A stretch of DNA of 64,000 nucleotides, taken from NCBI RefSeq assembly GCF_009914755.1, contig NC_060928.1, one strand, 5' to 3'. Every line of letters starts with the position of its first letter. The first letter of the stretch is position 1. The DNA is from the human T2T-CHM13v2.0 reference genome, Homo sapiens. The notes beneath the pieces were generated by a model that worked only from the letters and a program-made list of their open reading frames with translations, had not been told where the DNA came from and ran no database searches. Shown piece after piece: positions 42,900-57,443 of the stretch. The translations under genes were made by a program, and so were the position numbers.

Positions 42900-43640
42900 T
42901 TATCCAATGCTATGGATTCTACGTCTGAAATGATGCTCAAATCTAACCTTTCCCTTCAGCTGTAACCTTTCCCTCACTCCTGCCCATGTTCAGTACTTCT
43001 TCAGATATTAACAGATCAGTCACAGGATCTTGATTGAACTTCTTGGCTCTATTTCAGCACTTTACAATTCTCCTTCCACAAAGCCATCTCTTCTAAAACT
43101 TTAATTGGATCATGCCATTGTCAGCCTCAAACACCTTCTGTGGCTTCCCATTATCTACCAACTAAAGTAGGAGCGTCTTACATGGCATGTAAAGCCTTGA
43201 GAATATGACCCCAACATCCTTTTCTAGTCTTTTCATCTCCATTCATCTTTCTCCTCAAAAATTCATTGTAGCCATACCAGACTTCTTCTTTGAACAGGAG
43301 CTTCTGCCCTTCATTCTTTGTTAGTGCTTCTTCCTACACCTGGAATTCCCTGCCCCCTCCATGTCCGACTAAATCCAAACCTTACTCATCCAAATCACAC
43401 CCACCACCTTGTGAAGCTTCACTGAAGCCACTCATTAGAATTAGCCATTCCTTCTTTTTACTGCAATGGTGCCATCTGTCCCTAATATTGTACTTACCAT
43501 GCTGTGTCACATTTACATACAGAGTTTTACATTCCTCAAGGTTATGAGCTTTGGAAGTCATAGCTATTTTTATTAATGTTTATATTATTTCTGTATATGT
43601 AATATGTTGCATATACTAGTTGTTGAGTAAATATTTATTC
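42900..43640 (+). mobile_element. L2 fragment(s)
   Basis: Degenerate L2 3' motifs such as 'ggatcatgcc', 'ccttctgtggcttccca' and 'cctggaattccc'. Confidence 0.55.
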
Positions 43641-43689
43641 TAATGAGAGTTATAGAATTACTCATATCAGCGTTGAAATTAGTATCTGA

Positions 43690-43994
43690 TTTTTTTTTTT
43701 TTAAGACAGAATTTCGCTCTTGTTGCCCAGGCTGGAATGCAATGGCCCGATCTTGGCTCACCGCAATCTCTGCTCACCGCAAACTCTACCTCTCGGGTTC
43801 AAGTGATTCTCCTACCTCAGCCTCTTGAGTAGCTGGGATTACAGGCATGTGCCACCACACCCGGCTAATTTTGTATATTTAGTAGAGGCGGGGTTTCTCC
43901 ATGTTGGTCAGGCTTGAACTCCCAACCTCAGGTGATCTGCCAGTCTCGGCCTCCCAAAGTACTGGGATTACAGGCATTAGCCACTGCACCCAGC
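43690..43994 (-). mobile_element. AluSp/Sq with an internal 16-bp duplication
   Basis: 'tttcgctcttgttgccc' and 'ctccatgttggtcagg'; TSD agtatctgat. Confidence 0.93.
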
Positions 43995-44179
43995 AGTATC
44001 TGATGTTAACTTAGTATTATATTCTATTTTGATTGCTTTAGTTTTCAAACTTCACACAAAAGTATTACAGCTAAAAGGCTTATGTGTGTTTTTAAATGTG
44101 GTTTTAAATTTGAGGGAAAATGGGGCAGAACAGAATTCTGTTCATCAGTTTGGCTCTTTGAAACTACATATTTAATATT

Positions 44180-44430
44180 AACAATAATAGTTGCCTTTTG
44201 TTGAATATCTACTGTATGCCAAGCACTGATTTAGCATCATGCATTCATTATATCATGTAATATTCTTGAAAAAAAATCTCTGCAGTAAGTATTATTTTAT
44301 CCCCATTTTCCATATAAAGAAACTGAATCTCAGAGAAGTAATTAGCTCTAGGTCATACAGACATGTAGAACTGCCAGGCATCACAGACAAATTTATCTGA
44401 TACTCCAACCCATGTTCTCTCAACTTTGTC
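44180..44430 (-). mobile_element. MIR
   Basis: ccccattttccatataaagaaactgaatctcagagaag core. Confidence 0.7.
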
Positions 44431-45599
44431 CCACTGTGTCCTCATTAACTACATTAGAAAGAGGATTATGAAGACTAAGCAAGGACCCTGAGAAAAGAAC
44501 TAGACTGGGGGAGGCAGATGATACAGGGGATGCTTCAGGATGTCCCAAGAAAAATATGCATATTGATTAGAAACATGGAGTAAGGCAGGAGGAGGATTTC
44601 GGGACAGCAGTTAGGTCACCAGGTATTTGGTAGTTCTGCTTGCAATATGTGAACTCGTGTGTTGGAGTAGGTGGCGTGAAGAATTTGGGCCCTTCCTATG
44701 GATTGCTTCCTTGTTTAAGCTACAACCATCACCCTTCCCTAAGTCCTTCCTTTGATAAACCTTGAAAACTACCCTAAAAATGGCAATGGAGCCTCTATTC
44801 ATTTTCATCAGTTTTTTTCTTACATTAAAGTATACATCAAATTAAGGACTGGAAAAACATAGGTCATTTAGTGACAATTAGTGTCATTGTTACATGAGTC
44901 TCTCAAAGTGGCAACCAGCTTCGTACATTTTTTCACCTTTCTTTGAAAATGTTTCTGTCCTATATAGGAGATTTCTTCAGAATAACACTCATGAGATCAC
45001 AAAGAGAGAAGGAAGAAATGTTTGGGAGCAAACATTTATGTTTGCCCTGTATTAATCGAGCTTTCATTTCTAGGTGGGTTATTTTGTTTTGTATAAGCCA
45101 AGGAGTGTTTGTGTTCTATTCCACATAGCCTAAGAACTCTATATCCAAACCTACAGCAATTCCTTTTTTCTCTCTTTAAAATTTCTCCTCAGAAGTCCTT
45201 TCTTCCTTCCCTTTAAATATATCTCTCATAACTAAGTGGCTGTGGGAGAGGACCCAAAAATTCAAGAAAGAAAAATGCCTCTGAACATGCAGCCAGATGC
45301 CAGATATGTGTATCCGAGGAGAGTTACCCAACTTCTCCTTATTCATTTTCTGCCTTTATGGGCTTATATGTCTCATTAGATCATAAGCCCACAGGGAAAA
45401 TTTGTGCTTTTAGGATCTATTCAGCAAGTAGTGTATTGCAAATGCTGAAAAGATGCTTATCTTTAGAAATATGCAATGATGTAAAGTTATAATAGTCATG
45501 GAGGAGAAGAACTGACCTATTTCTTGTTAAAATTATCTGCAATTTATGTCAAAAAGAGATAAAAGGATTTTATCCAAAATATTAACCTCTAGAAAACCT

Positions 45600-45800
45600 C
45601 CCAGAAAGGAGCCTTGGCTAGGAATCAGAAAACTGTGTATATTCTAATTCTTTCATTAACTCATCCTATGAAATTGAACCAGTTACTTTACCCTTTTGTA
45701 CCTGTTTCTTTGTCCATAAAATAGGCATACTAGCCCCTTCCTACTGTCCTCATCAGGGATTTCTAAATATCACATGAAATTAACTATGTGAAAGTGCATT
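45600..45800 (+). mobile_element. MIR
   Basis: cctgtttctttgtccataaaatagg core. Confidence 0.6.
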
Positions 45801-46822
45801 CAATATTTTAAAACAATAATTGATTGCCATGGTGGTTGTTATTATTACGCAATTTGCTTTTCAGCGATTTCCAGTTCACCACGGTGAAATCAGCACATGT
45901 ATGTTTCTTTACTCCTCAAATCACACTGCACTAAGAATAATCAATGCTTAACAGATACAAACCCACAAAGCACAAACACAAAGCAGCAGCAGGGAACGAG
46001 CAATATCAACACATATTTGGAAGATAAAAAGCTGACCGAGGAGTTAGACTCTTGAGAAAACTGAGTGTCAAGTGCCTAGAGACACAAGTCAATTCAAACT
46101 CCAGAATTACAGCCAGCAGTTATCTTGGGAGGAATGAGTGAGGCAGGGGCTTGACTAAGGGCATGAGTTGGAAGTCTGAAAAGCAGGAGCAATTCTACCT
46201 CCTGTAGTGCCCTTCCTGGATGTACAGAGAAGTTCCCATTTCAGGGTAACAGGCAGGGTTACCCTAGCCTCTAACAGGCAGGGTGTAGAGAAAGGAAAAG
46301 GTGCTGGACATAAATCAGGAAAGTTAAGTAAAGGTGAAATACTCAACAATGAGATGCCCTCTTCTGCTGCTGCTCTCCAAAATGTCCTGACCACCTGATG
46401 TAAATACCACGAAGACGACCAGGAGACAAGGCCTCCCTATGTACTCATTAACAATTTAGAAATATAGAGATAAATACCAGGAGAATAGCGAAAAGCATTA
46501 AAGTGAACACCCCACAGGGCTGGCAGCTCCAATATTAACAATAAAACCCTTGAAATACTAATAAACCACGTATGTGTATTACTCTGAAAAAATTAAATAT
46601 TTTTTAAAGATTTATCCTTCAAAGAAACCAGAATACAGACTAATACAAGAAGTTGATTTATTCCCATCTTTTGATTTTATTGGCTAAACCAGATTAAATT
46701 CAACAGATGGGGAAATAATAAAATCTACCTAAAATGACAGATGACACTTAGAAATTTTTTTAGGCTGAGTCAGCCCAGTCGGGGCAGAACCAACTTGTGT
46801 TTGATAGCAATTTAAGTGATAG

Positions 46823-47095
46823 TTTTTTGGTTTTTTTGTTTTTGTTTTTGGCAGGGTCTTGCTCTGTCACCCAGACTGGAGTGCAGTGCAGCAATCTGAG
46901 CTCACTGCAACCTCTGCCTCCAGGGTTCAAGTGACTCTCATGCTTCAGCAACCCATGTAGCCTCAGATTACAGGCATGCACCACCACACCCCACTACTTT
47001 TTGTATTTTTAGTAGAGGCGGGGTTTCGCCATGTTGGCTAGGCTGGTCTTGGACTCCTGGTCTCAAGTGATCCACCCACCTCTGCCTCCCAAAGT
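46823..47095 (-). mobile_element. 5'-truncated Alu (J/S)
   Basis: Antisense body stopping at cccaaagtg; TSD gtgatagttt. Confidence 0.88.
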
Positions 47096-49116
47096 GAACG
47101 TGATAGTTTATCCCTGTGGAAAAGGTGAGAAGCAGGGCCTGGGACTCTGGGACACATCTGCTGATACAGAGCTTCTTCGGAGACACTGGTACCAGCTGCT
47201 GGACCTGCCTCATTTGTGGGCAGGTAACAGAAAACTTGCCTACTGATGTTTCTCCCGTCCTTTGACCTCCCCATTCCAATGCAATACTACCTGAGCACTA
47301 TTTCCAAAATTCGTTCTGTTCAAGTCGTCCTTCTTCAATAAATCATTTGCTGGCCCCACAGACAGACTTTGGAATAAAGCCCAGTCCCTGCCATCTACCA
47401 GCCTCATCTAGGGAGACTCCCACTGTGCCCAGCAGAGAACCAGCTACCCACTGCTCCTCCCAATCTCTCCATGGACTTCCATGCTTCCATAGTTTCATAT
47501 GCTCTTCCCAAAGCATTCCCTATAATGCTTTGCCCTAGCTTTTCCTGGCAAAGAACCACTTTTTTTAAAACCAGCTGAAAAATCATCATCTGTTCTCAAC
47601 TCAACAGGACTAATTACTTGCTCTTTACTTCATGCTCTTCATGTTCCTACTCTGTGTCAGTTATTTGCTTGAATATCTGTCACTCCAATCAAACTATGTT
47701 TTCTCAAAAGCAGGAATTCGTATCTAGCAAAGTGTCAGACACAGAGTCAGCCCTCAAGGAGAGTATATGGAATGAACCAGTAAAGAGCAAATTAATCTAA
47801 CGTTAATCTGGGCCTTGGTACACCTTATGTTTGAATGTCTATAACGCCTATGTGAGAAAATATAATTTGCATTCCCCTAGTTGGTTAATGTCTAAGCTCA
47901 CAGGGCGTGAGGTCTAAACCTCATCTCAAAAACAGAAATCAGATCAATGCTCTACCCTCTTTAAAGATAATAGAGAGGAACAGAAACAAGGGGTAACCAG
48001 TGATGAAGCTGATGTATTAAACACTCAGAAAAGACTATTTTTTAATACCTCTTTCCTCCAGCCCACAAATGGTTCTTATTCTGTAAGAACCATTATTCTC
48101 TTGAGGTGTCCTGTAGTTTTTAAAAAGTACTAGTTTAAAGGAATTTTTAATATTAATTTTAATTTTCATGATAGTATTCAAATTTAGCAAAATATTTCAT
48201 GTTTGGACTATGTGTGCACTTACTAAACAAAAATATTACACCTCACAGTTCACATTTGTTTTGACTTTTTAAAGTATTAGACAAAAGCAAAAACTCCAAC
48301 TGGTCACAGAAGATCATAGAATTGAAGTAACTTGTTACCTTTCTTCATCTTTATGATCATGTGCTATCACTGTTAATTTGTAACTTACTGTTTAAAAGCA
48401 GTAACATGAAGTACCACAGGGCGGGGAGACAAAAACTGCACTGCTAGCAGCTCACCCAATCCTGAGCCCTAATGAATTACTCTCAAAACCAATGCTTATA
48501 GCTGACTTGGCCTACAGCAGGGTCTCCCATATACTCCAAATTAACTTCCATGCAGATTGAAATTTTTATTAAAGAACAAGGTAATAAAAATATGTTCAAT
48601 TGGAAGCATTGATATACATTCATAAAATTCAACAGTACCCATAGCAATTATTTAGCACTTAGGCCTACAAAATATTTCCTTTGCAGTATTTTACCTCTGA
48701 AATTGTTTGAAATTGCTGGAGCAGGGTGACAATAAGAAGCACACCAACTCATAGGCAGTTTTATAGCTGGTTTTAAAATCTCTATAGGCAATGCATCTCC
48801 TCACTGCCTGCTCCCTGGAAGGCCACAGGAATGATCGCCTTTCCCCTTCCTCTATTTTATTATGACTCCTTACTTCCTTCCAAAAAATGCAGAGCAGGTG
48901 TAGAACCTGGAAAAAATGCAACTCTCCTGGAGAGCACAGCTGGAGTAGCCTAGCCTGAGGGGTCAGAAACAAGCTTCCACAGCCTTGCAAATGAGTCTGA
49001 CACTCTCTGCATTCAGACCTCAACCACCTCCCAGTGGTGTTCAGCCACATACCACCTGCTGCGGGAGAAGTGATCCCACTTCCTTAGGAACCAATCTCAC
49101 TTCCTTGGTCTCCTAC

Positions 49117-49505
49117 TACATTAGTTTGCTTGGGTTGCTGTAACAAAGTGCCACAGACTGAGTGGCTTAAACAACATTTATTTTCTCACAATTCTGGGTG
49201 TTGGAAATTCAATATCAAGATTTCAGCAGGGTTCTTTCTTCTAAGGCTTCTCTCCTTGGCTCGTAAGTGTCCATCTTCTCCCTCTGTCCTCAAGTGGCTG
49301 TCCCTCAGTCTGTGTGTTGTCTGCATCTCAATCTTTTCTCCTTACTAGCACACCAGCCATATTAGAATAGAGCCCATCCCAATGATCCCATTTTACCTTA
49401 ACTACCTCTTTAAAGACCCTGTCTCCAAAAATAGTCACTTCCTGAGGTACTAGGGTTTGGGTGTCAGCATGCGAATTGTGGGAGGACACAATTCAGCCCA
49501 GAACA
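49117..49505 (-). mobile_element. MLT1B-like MaLR solo LTR
   Basis: Typical MLT1A/B body; TSD cctac/cctac. Confidence 0.88.
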
Positions 49506-49685
49506 CCTACTACTCTCTGACCCCAGAGCATTCAACCCAACACCGTCTTCTTCCTTCCATGTCCAAAGCTCTCCATCCACTTCCACACCCACATCACCCC
49601 TTTCACCTCCCTGCCATTACCCACACTCATGTTCCACATGTCTCTTAACCCCTTGCCTTGACGATTTGAATATTGGAATAACTGG

Positions 49686-50052
49686 TGATATGGTTAGGCT
49701 TTATGTTCCCACCCAAATCTCATCTTGAATTGTAATCCATAGGTGTTGACAGAGGAACCTGGTGGGAAGTGACTGGATCATGGGGTCAGTTTTCCCCATG
49801 CTGTTCTCGTGATAGTGAGTTCTCATGAGGCCTAATGGTTTTATAAGTGTTTAACAAGTTCCTCCTTCACTCACTCTTCTCTCTTCTGCTGCCATGTGTT
49901 TGTGTTCCCTCCTGCTTCACCTTCCACCATGATTGTAAGTTTTCTGAGGGCTTCCCAGCCACGCAGAGCTGCAAGTCAATTAAACCTCTTTCCTTTATAA
50001 ATTACCCAGTCTCAGGTATCTCTTTATAGCAGTTTGAAAATGGACTAATACA
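49686..50052 (+). mobile_element. THE1 (C/D-like) MaLR solo LTR
   Basis: tgatatggttaggct...ggactaataca; TSD actgg/actgg. Confidence 0.92.
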
Positions 50053-52214
50053 ACTGGCTTTAGCCCTCAGAGAAGAAACAGTGTATTAGAGAAGTTGGAT
50101 AACTGAAATTACACTCTAAGTAATAGAACATGCAGCTGGTAGGGTGAAAATGAGGAGCTTAGTCCTTTGGGTGCTTTTTCCCCTTCTACTTCATCTCACT
50201 AACTCCCTCCTTGCTGCCCACCCCATCCCCCAACAAGCACAGATGGGGTTCCAGGATAAAATATGTAAATGTCTTTCCATAACATACCTCCTCTTCCCCT
50301 TCCCACTCAAGGCTCATGTCACTGCTCACCTTGGCAGTGAACATGGAGTTGAGTAAACATGGAAGATGATCTCTTAGAGGGAACAGTTAGGACCACAGAA
50401 AATCACATCACAATATGCAAATTCCCACACTTGTAAGTTATCTTAGATATTATGTTTCAATAGCTACAATGTGACTTAAACACACTGGGATCTGTGTAAC
50501 AACATCTCTGTATAACCAGCCTCTGATGTGGCATCTGGTGCCTAGGAAAACCATCCCTTTTCATATTTTTTATTGTGTAATTAGCAAATCATAAAGACAG
50601 GAAAGTTTTAGACTGCATCTAAAAAGGGAACATAGTTCCAAATAAGCATTGTCATATGCCACAAGTTATATTTTACCTATCAGCTTTATTGGTACCCAGA
50701 GAACTATTCTGGAATGCATATTTAAATAATGAAAAACAAACAAAGGGAGAAAAGATGTCGAATGCTTATCGGCACTGTACACCATAGCTTTCTGCAATCA
50801 CATTCTTGCATTTCTTCTTAAGCTTCCTGAGGAAAGGAACTGAATCTTTCAGTACTACCAGTTACCTTAAAAAAAAAAAAAAAAAAGCACTCTATAACTA
50901 TGTCGAACTGAACTAAACTGAATTGAATACGTATTTATTTGCTGGCCTATGAATACAAAAATGGCTTATTGATTTTCACCTGTTCAGTCACGATCAGAAC
51001 ACAGATTTCCATGTGACAATTTCAATCACTATAATGCTCCAAGTATCTAAGTTTAAATAATACTTTATACATTTCAGAAATAAGAAATTTAAATAGAGTG
51101 GAATTTATGTTTTATCTATTATCTCTTACCATTATTCCTAAATTCCTCACAACATTCGAGCTTGTCTATTCAGCATTTAATTATCTTTATTGTACCCAAA
51201 GTAGTCTTTGTTCAAGAAAAACATTAAATACACAATTTAGAGATGAAGAAAAACATGACATTCGTATCGTCTTACTTTCAGAAAATAATTCTGTATGCAT
51301 GAAGAGTGTACTATGAACTAGGGAATAATTTAACTTTATGACCCTCATATTCAGTTGTTAATTACTTTTTTGTTGTCCTCAATATATTTCTATTGCATCA
51401 ATGGGAAACTATAGTAGTCCTCCAGTGACCAAAATTATACATATCAATTCTTATGAATATTAATTAAAAGCTTTCTGTCTTCATGGAAAACCGTCTACTT
51501 CCTACTTCAAAGGCATTGAATTTCAGTGCTATAAAAAATATACTTCAGTTAAAATTTTCAACACATCCCAATCAATAAGATTATGGGTTCTTTTGTTGTT
51601 CTTCTTCAACTTCTGGAAAGAAACATTTTTAAATGAAGTAATTGATCTACAACATTTTGCCTGTAAAATAGCCTATTTCAAAAGAAAGTAAATGTGCCAT
51701 ATATGACTTATGAAAAAATACGTGTTACAGAGAGAAAGCTGTTTAGTTATTGAGACCTTTAACAACCGAGTGAGCAGAAGTTGAGAGAATCAATCAAACG
51801 TGTGTGCCCATCCCCACAGTGGCAGAGCACATAGTGGGGTTATGGATATGAGAAAAGAGTTACCATAATCTTGCACTCACAGCGCTTAAAGAAAAAGTTC
51901 CAGTGTCTGCTCATATGTGCACACACACAGGAACACATTTAGAAAAGCAATAATATGTGTGGAAGGGGTCCTATTCATCTGGGTGCTTGTTCTTTTCTCT
52001 TATTTCCTTCCTTGTCCTTTGAGAACAGAGTTGGGAACTGGAGAGTATACGGTGAACAGAGTTGAAGGCAGATTGTGTCTAAATTCCGTGCAAAACAGTC
52101 ATTCTTAATCTTGGTTTTGCTACCTTCTAAAATAAGTTTAACTATGTCAACAATATAACAAAATATGGCAAATTTTATCAAAGCAAAATTTAAATTATTT
52201 TATTTAAAACGTGA

Positions 52215-52641
52215 TATTCAGAGGATATTACAAAAAATACAGATGAACAGCCAGATGGAAGAGATGCATAGGGCAAAGTATGTAGGAAGGGAAGTAGAGC
52301 TTCTCAGCCTGCCACCCTCCAGGAACCTCCCCGTGTTCAGCCATCTGAAAGCACTCACAACTCTGTGGTTGATTACATCATTGGCCATTGGTAATTACTC
52401 AGCCTTCAGCCCTTCTCCCCTCCCCAGAAGGTAGGGGATAGGGATGAAAGTCCAAAACCTTTAGTCATGCTTCAGCATTTCTGGTAATCAGCCCCCATCC
52501 TGAAGCCATCTAGGGATCCCCAGACACCAGTCATCTCGTTACCATAAAAAAGTCACTCTTATCCAACTGGAGATCCTGAGTTTTAGGAGCTGTGTGACAG
52601 GAAGTAGGACCAAGACCAAATATATATTTCACAATATCACA
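52215..52641 (-). mobile_element. MER21-like LTR fragment
   Basis: gatgaacagccagatggaagagatgcatagggc...tatttcacaatatcaca. Confidence 0.75.
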
Positions 52642-53337
52642 GATGTTATTTGCCTTTGCCAGGAAGCAGGTCTTTGATTCAAGGATAGTTGCAAATGTAG
52701 TTTTTTTAATAAGTAGAATATTATGAGAGTTTTTGTGAAAGAAAGTCAAGAGAAAGAAAACAACTAGGCAGTTACTAGGCAGTTAGGATGTGCCAGCAAT
52801 TCTTCTAAGCATATTCCACATGTCTCTAAAATATCACCCAGATACCAAATGAAACAGCCCATCCCACATTCTCCCTTGGTTTCTGTGCACTCTTCCCCTG
52901 GGGTTCTGTTTTGGGGTGCCTAATCCTGATGTGAGCCTCACCCAAGCCTCACTGTCACTCCCATTTTCTTCTTCCAGGGCCAGACCTCTGCAGAAGTGGT
53001 GTCAATCACTTACTCCTTTCCATAAGCTCACTGCACACACCACTTATGACACAGAAGACTCTACCAAAGGAAATCAAACTACAGAACAGCAACAAAACTC
53101 AAAAAATTAACATTTGGCTTTTGTGTTATTAAAATATTTTCTCAGCAGACAATAACAAGTGTTGGTGAGGTTATTGAGAAGTTAAAACTTCCATCCGTAG
53201 ATGGTGGGAATGTAAAATGGTGCAGCCACTTTGGAAAACAGCTTAGTAGTTCCTCAAAATGTTAAATATAGAGTTAACATATAACTCCACAATTCCACTC
53301 CTAGGAATATACCCAAGAGAAATGAAAACATATGTCC

Positions 53338-54224
53338 AGTTAAAGAAAAAATTATTCTGACAGTTGTTAAAATGGTAAGGAAGATTTTATTCAGGATTAT
53401 TACAATAGGCATCAAGACAGAGATAGGACTCAAGTGTAAATACAGCAAAGACAACCAGGAATCCATGGCCAACAAAAAGAGTGAGGGGGTCAATGGATGG
53501 AAAATTATGAAGAGGAGATATCAAATGTAGGGGGTTCTAGCTAAACCAACTTATCGACATTCTTGCTAAAGGCAGGTGACATGGTTTAAATCTTTGTCCC
53601 CACCCAAATCTCATGTTGAAATGTAATCCCCAATGTTGGAGGTGGGGCCTAGTGGGAAGTGATTGGATCATGGGGTGGAGTTCTCATGAATGGGTTAGCA
53701 CCATCCCTCCTTGGTACTGAATAGTGAGTGAGTTCTCATGGGATCTGGTTGTTTAAAAGTGGGTAGTACCTACCCCCACCGCCGCTTCCTCCTGCTCCAG
53801 CAATGTGAAGTGCTAGCTTCCCCTTTGCCTTCCACCATGATTGTAATTTTCCTGAGGCCACCCCAAAAGATGACCAGATGCCAGCACCATGCTTCCTGTA
53901 TAGCCTATGGAACCATGAGCCAATTAAACCTCTTTTCTTTATAAATTACCCAGTCTCAGGTATTTATTTATAGCAGCATGATAACAGAGTGATACAGCAG
54001 ATCAAGGACTCATACATCAAAGGGAAGAGATGAGGAACTTTATCAAATATCAAGCATGATCAGATATGAAAGACAGGAGGATTATTGCTAAACTGATTCA
54101 GCAGGATTCTAGCTAAAACTAGGGTATGCAGACCTGGCAAGGATGGGGCCATGGTCAAGGCCTAGTTGAGAAGAGGGCTCAGAGGATCCTGACTAAGCCT
54201 TGGCCAAAGAGACAATCATTGTCA
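53338..54224 (-). mobile_element. MER31-like ERV1 solo LTR, split by MSTA
   Basis: 4-bp TSD gtcc/gtcc; the L1 resumes exactly after it. Confidence 0.75.
53577..53996 (+). mobile_element. MSTA-like MaLR solo LTR
   Basis: tgacatggttt...ccccacccaaatctcatgttgaaatgtaatcccc...gataca; TSD gcagg/gcaga. Confidence 0.9.
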
Positions 54225-55834
54225 GTCCACACAAAAACTTGTACATGAATGTTCATAGCAGCATTACTCATAATAGCCAAAAAGTAGAAACAACCCAAAT
54301 GTCTATTAACTGATAAATAGGCAAACAAAATGAGATTTATCCATACAATGGAATATTGTTCCACAATTAAAATGTTCTGGTCCATCCTACAAAATGAGTG
54401 AACATTGTAAACAATATGCTAAGTAAAAGAAGCCAGTCATAAAAGACCACATATTATTTTATGAATCCATTTATATGAGATATGCAGAACAGGCAAACCC
54501 ACTGAGACAGAAGCTAAATTACCAATTGCCAGGGACAGAGAGAACAATATTCCATTCTATGGATTGTATGGAGATTGGGGAATTGACTGGTAATGGGTAC
54601 ATGGCTTCCTTTGAGAGTAATGAAAATGTTCTAAAATTAAACAGCAGTGATGGTTGCATCAAACTGTAAATATACTAAAAACACTGAATTGTATGTTTTT
54701 AAAGGGTGAATTTTTTGGTATGTGAGTTATATCTCAATAAAGCTGTTATTAAAATATTTTCAGACATTTCCAAAGGCTACACTCCAGATATACACTAATT
54801 TGCTCAATCCTCATTTTTTCCCTTTTTTCTTCCCCCATGACAGCGGAAAAATAATTATCCTTACTTTATTATGAAGAGCAAATCCACTTTCTCTAGTTTC
54901 TGCTCCCTGCGTCAGTCCCAGGTTCTCTTCCTCTACGTGTTCTGCTAACAAAATGACCATTCTGCTGGAACCTCATCCTGCCTTACAACTCCAACAGTCA
55001 CTAATATGCCCCAAAGAGGGAATGTCTACAGTCAGAACTGACTTCAAAATTTTGTGAGTTTTTTTTAACTCAGTAACAAAATTTCATATTCAAATGAAAT
55101 ACGACTGTTGTATTTTCAAGGCATGTATTTCCAATACGTTTATCTCAATTTTTCATCCAAAACGGAAAAGATAATTAACATGTAATAACTACAAGGGTGT
55201 TTAATATGCCTAATAATAATCACAACCAAAGCAACATAATATTTAATTCCAAAAGGAAGAATTATGGTGTTAAATCACTATGATTAAATCTCGATTATTT
55301 AACTCCTATCAGTATTTATGCCCATCCAGGTTATTTTGAGGACACATTAATAAAATATTAAATGTGTAAATAATGTATGTACTGAAGGTGAAAAAAATAT
55401 GATATGCAAATCAAATGAAGCATGACATTTGGATATGCCATAAGAAAAATTTAGCTGACTACATCCAGTCAGCCACAAAATGCTTCTTTTCATGAAATAA
55501 CAATGACTCCAGGTGTCTAATTAGGACACTTCAACATGTTCATTCACATGTTGAAAACTACAACCATCCATTATGCTCAACTATAGATAGCTCCCAACCT
55601 GAGCCCTAACTCTTGTTCTGTGTAGTATAAAGACTTCAGATGGTGCTGGGCCATACAGCAGAAAATCAGAAGGATACTGGGCTTAGTTAACTCAGAAGTG
55701 AAGCTGAGGGTAGCTCATAACAGTATAAAACTATATGGAAAGATCATATACAGAAGCTGCTCATCAATTACTTTCTCACCTTACTGAAGAAAGAACACCA
55801 TCAAATAGATATGAACAATCTAGTAATAGCACTT

Positions 55835-56090
55835 AGGATTGTATTCTTACACAATTAGCAGAAAACCCTGCTATAGCAACTTTAACTGATAGATGTCTCA
55901 ACAACTTGAGTCCAGGAGTGAACAATCCAAGGCTGATCAAGTAGCTCAATGATTTCATCAAGGACTAAGCTCCTATATCTTTCCACTCCACCACCTTAGC
56001 ATGCAGGTCTTTGTTATGCTTGTTACCTCATGGTTGCAAGATGGCTACTGCATCGCCAGGCATCATATCCAGGTTCCTGACAAGAAGGAG
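55835..56090 (-). mobile_element. Old MLT1 (J/K-like) fragment
   Basis: cctcatggttgcaagatggctactgca...gcatcatatcc. Confidence 0.6.
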
Positions 56091-57443
56091 ATGATAACTT
56101 ATCCATATGATTTAAATATGGAGCAAGATGGCCACCTTACACTCATACAAGACAGAAATGCTTTGTTATTTCATTGTCCTTGCTTAAATCTATATTTATG
56201 ATATAACTGATGCCAAAGGCCATTACTTTAATTGTCACGAATGAATGAGAAAAGAAAAAACAAGGAGGTGGATAATATATAAATGATGCGCTTGGACAAA
56301 GTTAAGATCAAACGCCATCATGGCATGCTGTATTGTTGGAAAAAGTAGATAAAATAGTCTGCAAAATAATTAGACAAGACTTTGCTTTTGGCCAGTCTCC
56401 TGAAAATATACACTTCCAGACAATGACAAAGAGGTATTTGGAACAGTTTTCTTATTGCTTCCAGTGTTTGGAATCTAGGTAGTCAGAAGAGCCATGCATT
56501 TAGAGCAGAACTGGCCCTCTAATTTAGGCATTTCATTAACAAATGTGTAGGTTGCTGTTCCAAAAGCATAAAAAGCCAGAAGCTTTAAAATAGAAAGAAA
56601 AGAAAAACTGGGCATATGTACATTATTGTGTCTAGCAAAAGCTAGTTTCTTCTGCAGATTTTTAATATAGTCTCATGGTTGCTGAAAAAAGCACTCACTG
56701 GAACTATCAACCATAGTAATAATAAAAAAAAGATCACCAACTTTAAACTCACTTCAGAACTGGCTGAGAAATTTGATGAGCTTCCATCATGCTGTCCAAA
56801 AAATATGGCATTGTGTTGTTGCTGAGTTCTTGCCCAGTTTTAAAGCATCTTTCCACTCCATGGTAAACAGACTGGTACAGGTGTCTGTGCCAAGCATTTT
56901 ATCACTGTGACCAAGATACCTTGCGGAATCAAACTAACCCTGTAATCCTGCCTGGATTACTAAACAATCATATAACAATGGATAGTTATGGAGTCTCCAA
57001 AAGTACAAAGCATAGTGACTCCAATTTTTTAAATCTAGAAGGGCTTCCTTTTAATCCTTGATTTCAAAGAAAGCGATTCTTTGAATGCTCTACAGCTTCC
57101 TGGAGCAGCTTTAATGGTTTTTGAACACTCTGCTTTTCTATTCAAAACCCTCAAAAATGAAAAATGCCATTATATGAAGTACTAGCCACCAGCAGTGGGA
57201 ACATGACAAGTACCAGGCTTCAAAATGAACCTAAAATGGCAGATTTTTCCATCTAAGGGTCATCTACTTAATGAGCCCTAACTCATGTTCAAATCTCCCC
57301 AAGCCAATCAGACTTTTCTATTTGAGCTACATCTTCATCTTTCCTTGAAAAAATATTCTTGAGTTATGCCCTGCCATACACTTCACTGGTATCCAGCTGC
57401 CTCCACCTCATGCTTCCTCATCCTACCTCCTAATTTTTATGCC

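Larger units (their letters stand above)
53145..54752 (+). mobile_element. L1MB-type 3' end, interrupted by MER31 and MSTA
   Basis: ORF2 C-terminal and 3'UTR motifs; ends tatatctcaataaagctgttattaaaa. Confidence 0.85.
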
